From an uncultured Fusobacterium sp. (GTDB taxonomy: Bacteria > Fusobacteriota > Fusobacteriia > Fusobacteriales > Fusobacteriaceae): DNA of 64,000 bases. Below the pieces are notes generated by a model that was not told where the DNA came from, searched no databases, and saw only the letters and a list, made by a program, of their open reading frames with translations. Below, in pieces: positions 1 to 10,000 of the stretch. A program made the translations under genes and the position numbers. The DNA is taken from the NCBI GenBank assembly GCA_963530445.1, contig CAUSCM010000002.1, positions 16,229 through 80,228 on the forward strand, given 5' to 3'. Numbering within the stretch: position 1 is the stretch's first letter; each line of letters opens with the position of its first letter.

Positions 1-82
1 TATAGTATTTTTAGCAATGATAGGCTCACAAATTCCAACAGATATATTTGATAAAAAATATGTTAAATTAGATAAAAAATAA
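1..82 (+). CDS. 3' end of an upstream CDS cut by the window edge; product unknown
   Basis: Frame 2 is open from position 2 to TAA at 80-82 (...IVFLAMIGSQIPTDIFDKKYVKLDKK*). Too short for a family call. Confidence 0.3.
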   Translation, partial: IVFLAMIGSQIPTDIFDKKYVKLDKK

Positions 83-119
83 AAAAATATTATTTATTAT
101 TTAGATAAGGAAAATTAAT

Positions 120-1253
120 ATGTTAAAAGAAAAAATTATTGAAGAATTGGAACAATTTAAAAATGAGAATAGGTTTAGAACAATTAAAACGAACGATAAA
201 AATTTATTTAATTTTTCATCAAACGACTATCTGGCAATTGCAAAAGATAGAAATTTAATAAATAGATTTTATGAAAATTATAATTTTGAAAATTATAAGA
301 CGTCATCATCATCATCAAGACTTATCGATGGCTCTTATTCTGCCGTTATGAAATTAGAACAAAAGGTGAGAGAAATTTATGGGAAACCTTGTCTAGTTTT
401 TAATTCTGGCTTCGATGCAAACTCCTCTGTTATTGAAACTTTTTTTGATAAGAATAGTTTAATTTTGACAGATAGATTAAATCACGCAAGTATCTATGAC
501 GGCTGCATAAATTCTAATGCTAAAATTTTAAGATATAATCATTTGGATGTTCAAGGCTTAGAAAAATTATTAGAAAAATATTCTGAAGAATACGAAGATA
601 TTTTAGTTGTCACTGAAACTATTTACAGTATGGACGGAGACTGTGCCGACATAAAAGCTATATGTAATTTGAAAAATAAATATAATTTTTATTTGATGGT
701 TGACGAGGCTCACTCCTATGGTGTTCATGGCTATGGTATTGCCTACGAACAAAAACTTATAAATGAGATTGATTTTTTAATTATACCTTTAGGTAAAGCT
801 GGAGCTTCTGTTGGAGCTTATGTAATCTGTGAAGAAAACTTTAAAAATTATTTAATAAATAAAAGTAGAAAATTTATTTATTCGACGGCTCTTCCACCAG
901 TGAATAATTATTGGAATTTATTTGTCTTGGAGCATATAAATAATTTCATAGATAGAAGAGAGGACTTGGCAAGACTTGTAAAATTTTCTTTGGACTTATT
1001 AAAAAAATTAAATATAAAAACAGAATCTACGAGTCACATTATTTCTATAGTAATAGGAGAAAATTCTAAGACTATTCAGCTTTCAGAAATTTTAAAAGAA
1101 CAAGGTTACTTAGCATATTCAATCAAAGAGCCAACAGTTCCAAAAAATACTGCAAGACTTAGAATTAGTTTAACGGCCGATATGAAGAAAGAGGATTTAG
1201 AAAAATTTTTCTATCTATTGAAAAATGAAATGGTAAAATTAGGTGTATTGTAA
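120..1253 (+). CDS. bioF: 8-amino-7-oxononanoate synthase (alpha-oxoamine synthase, PLP-dependent)
   Basis: 377 aa with class-II aminotransferase features (DEAHS, PLGKAGAS lysine region). RBS AAGGAAAA. Followed directly by bioG and bioC. Confidence 0.8.
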   Translation: MLKEKIIEELEQFKNENRFRTIKTNDKNLFNFSSNDYLAIAKDRNLINRFYENYNFENYKTSSSSSRLIDGSYSAVMKLEQKVREIYGKPCLVFNSGFDANSSVIETFFDKNSLILTDRLNHASIYDGCINSNAKILRYNHLDVQGLEKLLEKYSEEYEDILVVTETIYSMDGDCADIKAICNLKNKYNFYLMVDEAHSYGVHGYGIAYEQKLINEIDFLIIPLGKAGASVGAYVICEENFKNYLINKSRKFIYSTALPPVNNYWNLFVLEHINNFIDRREDLARLVKFSLDLLKKLNIKTESTSHIISIVIGENSKTIQLSEILKEQGYLAYSIKEPTVPKNTARLRISLTADMKKEDLEKFFYLLKNEMVKLGVL

Positions 1254-1855
1254 TGAATAAAATATATTTTTTTAACGGCTGGGGCATGGATGAAAATCTT
1301 TTAGCTTATTTAAAAAATTCTACTGAATATAAAATTGAAATTATAAATTTTCCTTACAAACTTGATGCTCAAAAAATTTCTGAAACAGATATTTTAGTGG
1401 GGTATTCTTTTGGAGTCTATTATTTAAATAAATTTTTAAATGAACACAGAGATATTAAATTTAAAAAAGCTATTGGAATAAATGGTTTACCTCAAACAAT
1501 TGGTAAATTTGGAATTAATCCAAAAATGTTCGATATGACTCTTGAAACTTTGAATGAAGAAAATTTAGAAAAATTTTTGATAAATATGGATATCGATGAA
1601 AATTTTGTAAGAGCAAGTAAAAGCTTTGCTGAAGTGAAAGATGAGCTTCAATATTTTAAAAATAATTATCAAGCAATAGAAAATAATTTTATTAATTTTT
1701 ATTTCATAGGGAAAAATGATAGAATAATCCCAGCAAATAAGTTGGAAAAATTTTGTCAAACAGAAGGTTTCAATTATAAAATTATAGATTGTGGGCATTA
1801 TCCATTTTCTTATTTTAAAGATTTTGCTGAAATAATTAGATGTGGAGAAATTTAA
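1253..1855 (+). CDS. bioG: Pimeloyl-ACP methyl ester esterase, BioG (DUF452) type
   Basis: 200 aa. FNGWG, YSFGV nucleophile elbow and GINGLP motifs parallel Haemophilus BioG. Start overlaps the bioF stop. Lies between bioF and bioC. Confidence 0.6.
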   Translation: MNKIYFFNGWGMDENLLAYLKNSTEYKIEIINFPYKLDAQKISETDILVGYSFGVYYLNKFLNEHRDIKFKKAIGINGLPQTIGKFGINPKMFDMTLETLNEENLEKFLINMDIDENFVRASKSFAEVKDELQYFKNNYQAIENNFINFYFIGKNDRIIPANKLEKFCQTEGFNYKIIDCGHYPFSYFKDFAEIIRCGEI

Positions 1856-2524
1856 ATGAATTTTGATAAATATTACGATGTGTATGAGAAAAATTCTTTT
1901 GCACAAAAAAAAGTTGCAGAAAATTTATTTTCTTTTATGAAAGAAAATGAAATATTTAAAGAGAAAATAGCAACAATTTTTGAAATTGGTTGTGGTACAG
2001 GAATTTTTACAAGATTATATAGAGAGCTTGTTCCAAAGAGTAATTTGATCTTAAATGATATTTTCGATGTTGAAGATTTTTTTAAGGAATTAAAAAACTT
2101 TGAATTTATAAAAGGAAATATTGAAAATTTAGAAATTCCTAAGGTAGATTTAATAGTTTCAAGCTCTGTCTTTCAATGGATAAAAAATTTAGATGAACTT
2201 ATGAAAAATATTTCAAATAAGACAGATAATTTATGTTTTTCGACTTATATCTTTGGAAATTTAATTGAAATTAAAAATCATTTTTCTGTGTCTTTAAATT
2301 ATTTAAAAGCAGAAGAACTTGAAAATATTTTAAAAAAATATTTTCAAAATATAAAATTTCAAAAAGAAACAATAAAATTAAATTTTGAAAATCCAATGGA
2401 TGTATTGAAGCATTTAAAATATACGGGTGTCACTGGTTTTCAAAAATCTTCTATCACAAAAATAAAAAGTTTCAAAGATAGAACTCTAACCTATGAAGTA
2501 GCATATTTTATCTGTAAAAAATAA
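1856..2524 (+). CDS. bioC: Malonyl-ACP O-methyltransferase (SAM-dependent)
   Basis: 222 aa with SAM motif I (EIGCGTGIFT). Sits in the biotin cluster immediately after bioG. Confidence 0.65.
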   Translation: MNFDKYYDVYEKNSFAQKKVAENLFSFMKENEIFKEKIATIFEIGCGTGIFTRLYRELVPKSNLILNDIFDVEDFFKELKNFEFIKGNIENLEIPKVDLIVSSSVFQWIKNLDELMKNISNKTDNLCFSTYIFGNLIEIKNHFSVSLNYLKAEELENILKKYFQNIKFQKETIKLNFENPMDVLKHLKYTGVTGFQKSSITKIKSFKDRTLTYEVAYFICKK

Positions 2525-2607
2525 AAATATTATGCTGTAATTTAAACTAAATCAATTAATAAAATCATGATGTTGGAAAAACCGACGCCGTGATTTTTTT
2601 ATTTTAA
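2516..2607. repeat. Left copy of a ~93-bp direct repeat (bioC 3' end, spacer, terminator hairpin)
   Basis: Hand alignment to 6528-6620 gives about 90% identity. The first 37 nt (aaaaaataaaaatattatgctgtaatttaaactaaat) differ at 2 positions. Confidence 0.8.
2565..2600 (+). terminator. Intrinsic terminator after bioC (hairpin family copy 1)
   Basis: Arms tcatgatgttgg (2565-2576) and ccgacgccgtga (2582-2593), loop AAAAA, then T7. Pairs on the + strand RNA with three G.U wobbles and one A.C mismatch. Confidence 0.7.
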
Positions 2608-2617
2608 TATTATTTAT

Positions 2618-2647
2618 TTGACATTTGCTCTAAAACTAATCTATAAT
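2618..2647 (+). promoter_or_regulatory. Sigma-70-like promoter of the ABC importer operon
   Basis: TTGACA at 2618-2623, 18-nt spacer, TATAAT at 2642-2647. About 80 nt upstream of the SBP start. Confidence 0.55.
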
Positions 2648-2729
2648 AGGGCTAAAGTTAAGTACTTTAATTAAATTTAAAAAGGGGGCAAGGAAGTGTT
2701 GTAAAAAATTTCAACACTACCGAAAGAAA

Positions 2730-3788
2730 ATGAAAAAATTTTTCAAATTGTTTTTGATGTCAATTATGGCTATCATTATGTTTGTTGCTTGTGGAGGGGA
2801 TAAAGAAAAAACTGAAGCTGCTGCTGATGCAAATGCTTCTAATGAATTAGTAATTTATTCTCCAAACTCAGATGCAGAAGTAAATGCTATCATACCTGCA
2901 TTTGAACAAGCTACTGGAATAAAAGTTATTTTACAATCTATGGGTACAGGAGACGTTCTTGCTAGAATAGGAGCAGAAAAAGAAAACCCTCAAGCAGATA
3001 TCAACTGGGGAGCAATCAATTTAGGAATTTATGAAACTACTTCAGATTTATGGGAACAATATGTTTCTGAAAATGAAAAAAATCTTCCTGATCAATATAA
3101 AAATACTACAGAATATTTTACTAACTCAAAATTATCTGGAAGTGCTGCTCTATTAATCAACTTAGATGTATTTAAAAAATTAGGATTAGATCCAGATAAA
3201 TTTACGGGATATGCTGACTTATTACAACCTGAATTAAAAGGTAAAATAGCAATGGGAGATCCAACAGCAAGTAGTAGTGCAAATGCAGAATTAACAAATA
3301 TGTTACTTGTTATGGGAGAAAAACCTTATGACGATAAAGCTTGGGAATGGGTAGCTAAATTTGTTGATCAATTAAATGGAACAATACTTTCTTCTTCTTC
3401 TCAAATTTATAAAGCAACTGTTGATGGAGAATATGCAGTTGGAGTAACTTATGAAGATCCAGCAGTAACTTTATTACAAGATGGAGCTACAAATGTTAGA
3501 GTTATTTATCCTAAAGAAGGTGCTGTATGGTTACCAGGTGGAGTATCAATAGTTAAAAATGCTCCTCATATGGAAAATGCTAAAAAGTTTGTTGATTTCT
3601 TAATCTCAGAAGAAGGACAAAAATTATTGGCTGATACAACTATAAGACCAGTTATCACTTCTATAGAAAATACAAGTAAATTTATGAAACCATTCAGTGA
3701 AATTAATGTTGCTTACGAAGACATTAAATACTGTGCAGAACACAGAAAAGAATGGCAAGAAAAATGGACTGAATTAGTTACAAAATAG
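2730..3788 (+). CDS. ABC transporter substrate-binding lipoprotein (SBP family 1, Fe3+/thiamine/2-AEP class)
   Basis: 352 aa. Signal peptide with lipobox (FVAC-G). LVIYSPNSD...TGIKV...ADINWG pattern is typical of FbpA/AfuA-like binding proteins. Confidence 0.75.
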   Translation: MKKFFKLFLMSIMAIIMFVACGGDKEKTEAAADANASNELVIYSPNSDAEVNAIIPAFEQATGIKVILQSMGTGDVLARIGAEKENPQADINWGAINLGIYETTSDLWEQYVSENEKNLPDQYKNTTEYFTNSKLSGSAALLINLDVFKKLGLDPDKFTGYADLLQPELKGKIAMGDPTASSSANAELTNMLLVMGEKPYDDKAWEWVAKFVDQLNGTILSSSSQIYKATVDGEYAVGVTYEDPAVTLLQDGATNVRVIYPKEGAVWLPGGVSIVKNAPHMENAKKFVDFLISEEGQKLLADTTIRPVITSIENTSKFMKPFSEINVAYEDIKYCAEHRKEWQEKWTELVTK

Positions 3789-3800
3789 TTAGGAGAATTT

Positions 3801-4916
3801 ATGAGTGTAAATATAAGAATTAAAAATGCTCAAAAAAGATATGGAGATAATATCATTATAGAAAATTTATCATTGGACATAAAAGAAGGAGAGTTTTTTA
3901 CTCTCCTTGGTCCATCAGGTTGTGGAAAAACAACTCTTCTTAGAATGATAGCAGGATTTAACTCAATAGAAGGTGGAGATTTTTATTTCAATGAAAAAAG
4001 AATAAATGATTTAGATCCTTCAAAGAGAAATATCGGAATGGTATTTCAAAATTATGCAATATTTCCACATCTAACAGTTGAGCAAAATGTTGAATTTGGA
4101 TTAAAAAATAGAAAAGTTGCCAAAGATGAAATGGCAAAAGAAACTGATAAGTTTTTAAAACTTATGCAAATAGATCAATACAGAGATAGAATGCCAGAAA
4201 GATTATCTGGAGGACAACAACAAAGGGTTGCACTTGCAAGAGCTTTAGTTATAAAACCAGATGTCTTACTTATGGATGAACCACTATCTAACCTTGATGC
4301 AAAATTAAGAGTTGAAATGAGAACGGCAATTAAAGAAATACAAAATACTGTTGGAATTACAACTGTCTATGTAACTCACGACCAAGAAGAAGCTATGGCA
4401 GTAAGTGATAGAATTGCTGTAATGAAAGACGGAGAAATTCAACATTTAGGACAGCCTAAAGATATTTACCAAAGACCTGCTAATGTATTCGTTGCAACCT
4501 TTATAGGAAAGACAAATATTTTAGAAGGGAAATTGACAGGCTCAAACTTAAAAATTAACTCTAACTATGAAATTCCTATGGATAACATAAAAGATAAAAA
4601 TGTTCAAGGATCTGTGTTGGTGTCAATAAGACCTGAAGAATTTTTAATAAACGATGTTAATGATACTAATGGAATAAAAGCTATAGTTGATAGCAGTGTA
4701 TTTTTAGGATTGAATACTCACTATTTTGTTCACTTAGAAGATGGAGAAAAATTAGAAGTTGTTCAAGAGTCAAAAATAGATGGAATTATTCCAAAGGGAA
4801 CTGAAATTTATTTGACTGTTAAGAAAGATAAAATAAATGTTTTCACAGATGATGGTTCGAAAAATATTTTAACTGGTGTTAATAATGATGCAATGGGTGT
4901 TGCAAATGGTAAGTAA
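3801..4916 (+). CDS. ABC transporter ATP-binding protein (FbpC/PotA-like with C-terminal TOBE-like domain)
   Basis: Walker A GPSGCGKTT, signature LSGGQQQR, Walker B LLMDEP. Confidence 0.9.
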   Translation: MSVNIRIKNAQKRYGDNIIIENLSLDIKEGEFFTLLGPSGCGKTTLLRMIAGFNSIEGGDFYFNEKRINDLDPSKRNIGMVFQNYAIFPHLTVEQNVEFGLKNRKVAKDEMAKETDKFLKLMQIDQYRDRMPERLSGGQQQRVALARALVIKPDVLLMDEPLSNLDAKLRVEMRTAIKEIQNTVGITTVYVTHDQEEAMAVSDRIAVMKDGEIQHLGQPKDIYQRPANVFVATFIGKTNILEGKLTGSNLKINSNYEIPMDNIKDKNVQGSVLVSIRPEEFLINDVNDTNGIKAIVDSSVFLGLNTHYFVHLEDGEKLEVVQESKIDGIIPKGTEIYLTVKKDKINVFTDDGSKNILTGVNNDAMGVANGK

Positions 4917-6552
4917 GAAAAAAGATATATGGCTTTTAATCTCTTTGGCCGTGTTGGCATTTTATTTAATTTTTATGATATATCCTCTAGGAATATTATT
5001 TAAAAATGCCGTTATCAATAATCACGGAGAATTTACTTTTGAATATTTTACAAAATTTTTAAGTAAGAACTATTATTTTTCTACGATTTTTAATTCGTTT
5101 AAGGTTAGCTTAACAGCTACAGCTTTGACACTAATTATCGGTACACCTTTAGCATATTTTTACAATATGTACAAAATAAAAGGTAAAACTTTTTTACAAA
5201 TTATAATTATCTTATGTAGTATGTCAGCACCATTTATTGGAGCATACTCTTGGATATTATTACTTGGAAGAAACGGACTTATAACAAATTTCTTGAGAAA
5301 TTTTTTAGGAATTAATGTTCCTAGCATATATGGTTTCGGTGGAATATTACTTGTACTATGTATGCAACTATATCCACTTGTATTCTTATATGTATCTGGG
5401 GCTTTGAAAAATATTGACAATTCACTTCTTGAAGCAAGTGAAAATATGGGTTGTACTGGAGCAAAAAGATTTTTCACTATTGTTATTCCTCTATGTATAC
5501 CAACAATATTAGCTGCTGCCTTGATGGTATTTATGAGAGCTTTTGCAGACTTTGGAACTCCTTTATTTATTGGAGAAGGATATAGAACTTTCCCAGTTGA
5601 AATTTATAATCAATTTATGAACGAAACCGGTTCTGATAAAAGTTTTGCATCGGCAGTAAGTATTATTGCAATCATAATAACTTCATTAATTTTCTTGTTA
5701 CAAAGATATATAAATGGAAAATATAAATTTACAATGAATGCTTTAAAACCAATTGAAGCAAAGGAAGTAAAAGGAATAAAATCTGTGTTAATTCATCTTT
5801 TTTGTTATGTAATAGTTTTTGTTTCTTATGCTCCACAATTATATGTAATGTATACATCTTTCCAAAACACATCAGGAAAATTATTTACAAAAGGATATTC
5901 TTTAAAAAGTTATACAGATGCCTTTGATAAATTAGGCAATGCAATACAAAATACATTTATCATCGGTGGGCTTGCATTGATATTAATTATTATAATTTCA
6001 ATATTGATAGCTTATCTTGTTGTTAGAAGAAATAATTTTATCAACAGACTTATTGATACAATGTCAATGATACCTTATGTAATACCTGGTTCTGTTGTTG
6101 GTATTGCACTTGTGAGTGCGTTTTCAACAAAGCCAATAGTTTTAGTTGGTACGATGTCAATTATGGTTTTAGCTTTGATAATCAGAAGAAATGCTTACAC
6201 AATTAGATCATCGGTTGCTATCTTACAACAAATTCCAATTTCAATTGAGGAAGCATCAATCAGTTTAGGAGCTTCTCGTATGAAATCATTTTTCAAGATA
6301 ACAACTCCTATGATGATAAACGGAATTATTTCTGGAGCATTATTGAGCTGGATAACTATTATAACTGAATTGTCATCAGCTATCATTTTATACAATTACA
6401 AGACTATAACATTGACACTTCAAATTTATGTTTATGTTTCAAGAGGAAGCTATGGTATAGCTGCTGCAATGTCAACAATATTATCAGCTATGACTGTAAT
6501 TTCACTTTTAGTCTTTATGAAAGTTTCAAAAAATAAAAATATTATGATGTAA
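4906..6552 (+). CDS. ABC transporter permease, duplicated two-domain type (FbpB/ThiP-like)
   Basis: Polytopic membrane protein. The ORF is open from 4876. The ATG at 4906 (MVSKKKDIW...) overlaps the ATPase stop by 11 nt, so the start is ambiguous (4876, 4885, 4888 or 4906). Confidence 0.8.
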   Translation: MVSKKKDIWLLISLAVLAFYLIFMIYPLGILFKNAVINNHGEFTFEYFTKFLSKNYYFSTIFNSFKVSLTATALTLIIGTPLAYFYNMYKIKGKTFLQIIIILCSMSAPFIGAYSWILLLGRNGLITNFLRNFLGINVPSIYGFGGILLVLCMQLYPLVFLYVSGALKNIDNSLLEASENMGCTGAKRFFTIVIPLCIPTILAAALMVFMRAFADFGTPLFIGEGYRTFPVEIYNQFMNETGSDKSFASAVSIIAIIITSLIFLLQRYINGKYKFTMNALKPIEAKEVKGIKSVLIHLFCYVIVFVSYAPQLYVMYTSFQNTSGKLFTKGYSLKSYTDAFDKLGNAIQNTFIIGGLALILIIIISILIAYLVVRRNNFINRLIDTMSMIPYVIPGSVVGIALVSAFSTKPIVLVGTMSIMVLALIIRRNAYTIRSSVAILQQIPISIEEASISLGASRMKSFFKITTPMMINGIISGALLSWITIITELSSAIILYNYKTITLTLQIYVYVSRGSYGIAAAMSTILSAMTVISLLVFMKVSKNKNIMM

Positions 6553-6620
6553 CTTAAACTAAATAAATAAAAAAAATCACGACGTCGGAAAAACCGACGC
6601 CGTGAATTTTTTTTATTTTA
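6528..6620. repeat. Right copy of the ~93-bp direct repeat; supplies the last ~8 codons and stop of the permease
   Basis: aaaaaataaaaatattatgatgtaacttaaactaaat...tcacgacgtcggaaaaaccgacgccgtga aligns with 2516-2607. Confidence 0.8.
6569..6614. terminator. Bidirectional intrinsic terminator (hairpin family copy 2) between convergent ABC and RND operons
   Basis: A8, arms 6577-6588 and 6594-6605, loop AAAAA, then T8. On the minus-strand RNA the stem is perfect with one G.U. On the plus strand it has one A.C mismatch. Confidence 0.75.
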
Positions 6621-6666
6621 TAAAGATATTTTATAATTTTAGATACTAGATGCTAAACGATAAAAA

Positions 6667-7089
6667 TTAAATATTATAATCCTCATCTGCTTCAAGCTCT
6701 TTTAAAAGTTCCTCATCAACAGGTATATCTTCTTCATAAACACTTCTTATAACTTTTTCGAATGGAATTATAGCCACAGATAAAATAATCCCCTTAGGTA
6801 AAACCATTCTAAAAGTTTTAAGTTTGATTAAAAATTCATCCAACTTTTTATCTCCAATAGGGAGAGTGACCAAGGCATCAGAGCCTGGCCACACTTTAGT
6901 TTGTTGGTGTTTTATCGTCTTATCTATTCCACGTTTCACACCCTCTTCAACAGTATAATAATAAATTCCTATCGTATCGAAAAATTTTTCTAAAAGTCTC
7001 ACTTGAGTGTCATTTATATGAAGCATTACAAGTTTTAAATTTTCACTCTCTGTATCATTCATATTTCTAATTATTTTTTCATTATTCAT
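6667..7089 (-). CDS. Small PII/GlnB-like-fold protein (predicted) translationally coupled to the RND pump
   Basis: 140 aa. Its ATG at 7089 overlaps the RND stop (7082-7084) by 8 nt. Alternating beta-alpha-beta-beta-alpha-beta hydrophobicity pattern with a T-loop-like basic segment (KTIKHQQTKVWPGS). Acidic C-terminal tail. Confidence 0.4.
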   Translation of the reverse strand: MNNEKIIRNMNDTESENLKLVMLHINDTQVRLLEKFFDTIGIYYYTVEEGVKRGIDKTIKHQQTKVWPGSDALVTLPIGDKKLDEFLIKLKTFRMVLPKGIILSVAIIPFEKVIRSVYEEDIPVDEELLKELEADEDYNI

Positions 7090-10000
7090 GACCTGCCTCC
7101 TTTTTTGTTTGAGGTTTATTTAATTTTTTCTTAATTGCATTTAATAATTTTGTTGTTAAATCATCCATTAAAGTATATAAAATTGGAATTAACACCAATG
7201 TTAAAATTGTTGAGAACGATAAACCGAATATAACTGTGATGGCCATACCTCTATAAAATTCTGATCCTTCTCCTAGACCAAGAGCCATTGGTATCATACC
7301 AAATACTGTCGTCATAGTTGTCATAAGTATAGGTCTTAATCTTGTTTCACAAGAATAGATTACTGAATACTCTCTATCATAGCCACGTGTTCGCATTGTT
7401 TTGATAAAGTCAATCAGCACGATGGCATTATTTACAACGACCCCAGCAAGCAGTATGACTCCTATCATAACCATGATGTCGATTGGTTGTCCTGTGAATA
7501 CAAGCCCCCAGATAACTCCAATCAATGCAAGAGGTATAGATCCAATTATGATTGCAGGCATAACGAAATTTTCAAATTGTGCTGCAAGTAAAGCATAGAT
7601 TAAGAAGATTGATATTGAGAATGCAAATGTCAATTGCCCCATAACTTTTCCCATATTTTCAGCTTCTCCGCCCCAAGAGTATGAAACTGTTTGAGGAGGG
7701 TCTAAGGCTTTAAATTCTTCTACCATTTTATTTTGTATTTCTCTTATACCAACTCCACCATCATTGGCAGAAATTGTCACAGTATAAATTCCATTTTTCT
7801 TTCTAATTTCAGAAGCACCTTCAGCATATTTTATACTAGCAACATCTGATAATTTTATAAATTTATTATCTCCTATTTTAATATTTAATGACTGTAGAGT
7901 ATTTATATCAGACCTTTGCTCTTTCGGAAGTCTAACAAGAACATCAATTTCTTCTGTTCCAGTTTTTAATGTGGCAGTGTTAGCCTTATCTCCACCTAAC
8001 ATATAATAACTTAATGTTTGAGCCACAACAACAGGATTTATTCCATAAGATTTTATTTTTTCTCTATCAATTTCTATTCTAAGTTCTATGATACCCGGAT
8101 CAAGTGTTGAAGTTAAATCAACTGCTCCACTATAGCTTTGTAAATTATTTACAAGTTTTTTACCTATAGCTCTAATCTCATCTTCATTCATACCTTGAAG
8201 TACAAATTGAACAGCACCAGAAGAACCTCCTCCTCCTCCACGAAATTCATTCGTCAATGAAACTCTAGCATCTAAAACATTTTTTGTTTCTTTTCTTATA
8301 TCATTCATTATATCAAAGACTGATTCATCTCTTGTACCTTTTTTTCCAACATTGACGTTAACTGAAATGTGAGATGTATTGACCATAGTCAAATAACTTT
8401 GAGTGTGAGGTTCTTTCTTTACAATTTCTTCCAGTTGCTTTGCAATTTTATCTGCTTTTTCTAAGGCTGTACCATTTTGAAGCTCAGCAGAGATAGAATA
8501 TTTTCCTTCGTCTTGCTTTGGCATAAACTCAAATTTTAACATTCTAGGTCCTGTTAAAATACTGAAAATAAATAATCCTAAAATAATTAAAACAGTTTTT
8601 AATCTATGAGCATAAGCCCAGTTTATAATTTTTAAATATCTAGTCTTAACTTTTCTAAATAATTTTCCATCTTCTGTCTTCATTGATTTTCTATTTAAAA
8701 ATCTACTAGCTAACATCGGTATCAATGTTATAGCAACTATTATTGCAGCAATGTTTGAAAAAATTATTGCATAGGACATATCTCTAAAAAATTCTCTAGC
8801 CATTCCCGGAATGAATAACACTGGAATAAATACGACCATCGTTGTTAGAGCTGAAGCTATAACTGAAAATGTAACTTCTTCCGTACCATTTTCAGAGGCT
8901 TCTCTTACTGGAGAATTTAATTCCGTAATATGTCTATAGATATTATCCACAACTACAACCGAGTTGTCTGTCAGCATTCCAACACCGATTGATAATCCCA
9001 TAAGTGAGATCAAGTTAAGTGTTGTTCCATTTATTGATAGGAAAGCAAAAGTAAATATTATTGCTACTGGTAGAGAAACAGAAATTAAAATTGTAGTTCT
9101 AAAGCTTTTCAAAAAAACAAAGAGAATTATTGTTGCCAAAATCAAACCTTGTATTGCCGAACTTGTTACATTTGAAATTGAGCTATTGATATTTTCAGAA
9201 GCATCCATTTCGATACTATATTCTGTTCCAGCTGGCATAAATGATTTTAATTCTTCTATCGTTTTAAAAACTTGTGTATTTAAATTGATTGTGTCTCCAT
9301 CAGAAGATTTAGTGACAAGCACAACTATAGATTCTTTATCATTTAAATATCCAGTGCTTGTTGGATCTTCTGTCGTCAGTACAACATTTGCCACGTCTTT
9401 CAATCTTAAAGTATTTCCGTTTGAACTAATCAAAATATTTTCGTATTGCTCTATATAATTTAAATCTCCCATAAATCTAATTATCATATCTTTATTTCCA
9501 GTTGATAATTTACCTATTGGATAAGTTGTAATTGATGTTCTAACGATATTGTATAACTCCATTGGAGATAAATTATAAGCAGCTAATTTATCACTATCCA
9601 CTTGGATTTGTAATTGTTTCTTAGGATTACCACCAACAGTAATTTCTCCCACACCCTCCAAGCTCTCAAGTCTTGGTTTTAATTGTTCTGTGATAAAAGT
9701 GTTAAGAGCTGATTTGTTATTTGCATTGAAAGCAACGATGGCAGTCATATTTCCACCACCAGCTTCAACTCTTCTAACAAGAGGTGTATTTGCATCTGCT
9801 GGTAAATTATTTGCTATTTTTGAAACCTCTCTTTGAATTTCTGTTACCTTGTCATTTGTTTTAGTTCCAAACTCAAAACTTACAATAACTGTTGAGCTAC
9901 CATAAGAAGATACAGTTTGTATTTTATCTATTCCCTCAACGTTTGCAAGGCTGTCCTTAATTTTTTTTGTGATTTGTGATTCAACATCCTCGCCAACTGC

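Noticed and set aside
2648-2729. TPP or other known riboswitch upstream of the ABC importer
   Set aside because: No THI-box (CUGAGA) or other conserved riboswitch core is recognisable, and the leader is only ~80 nt. It is kept only as a low-interest leader observation.
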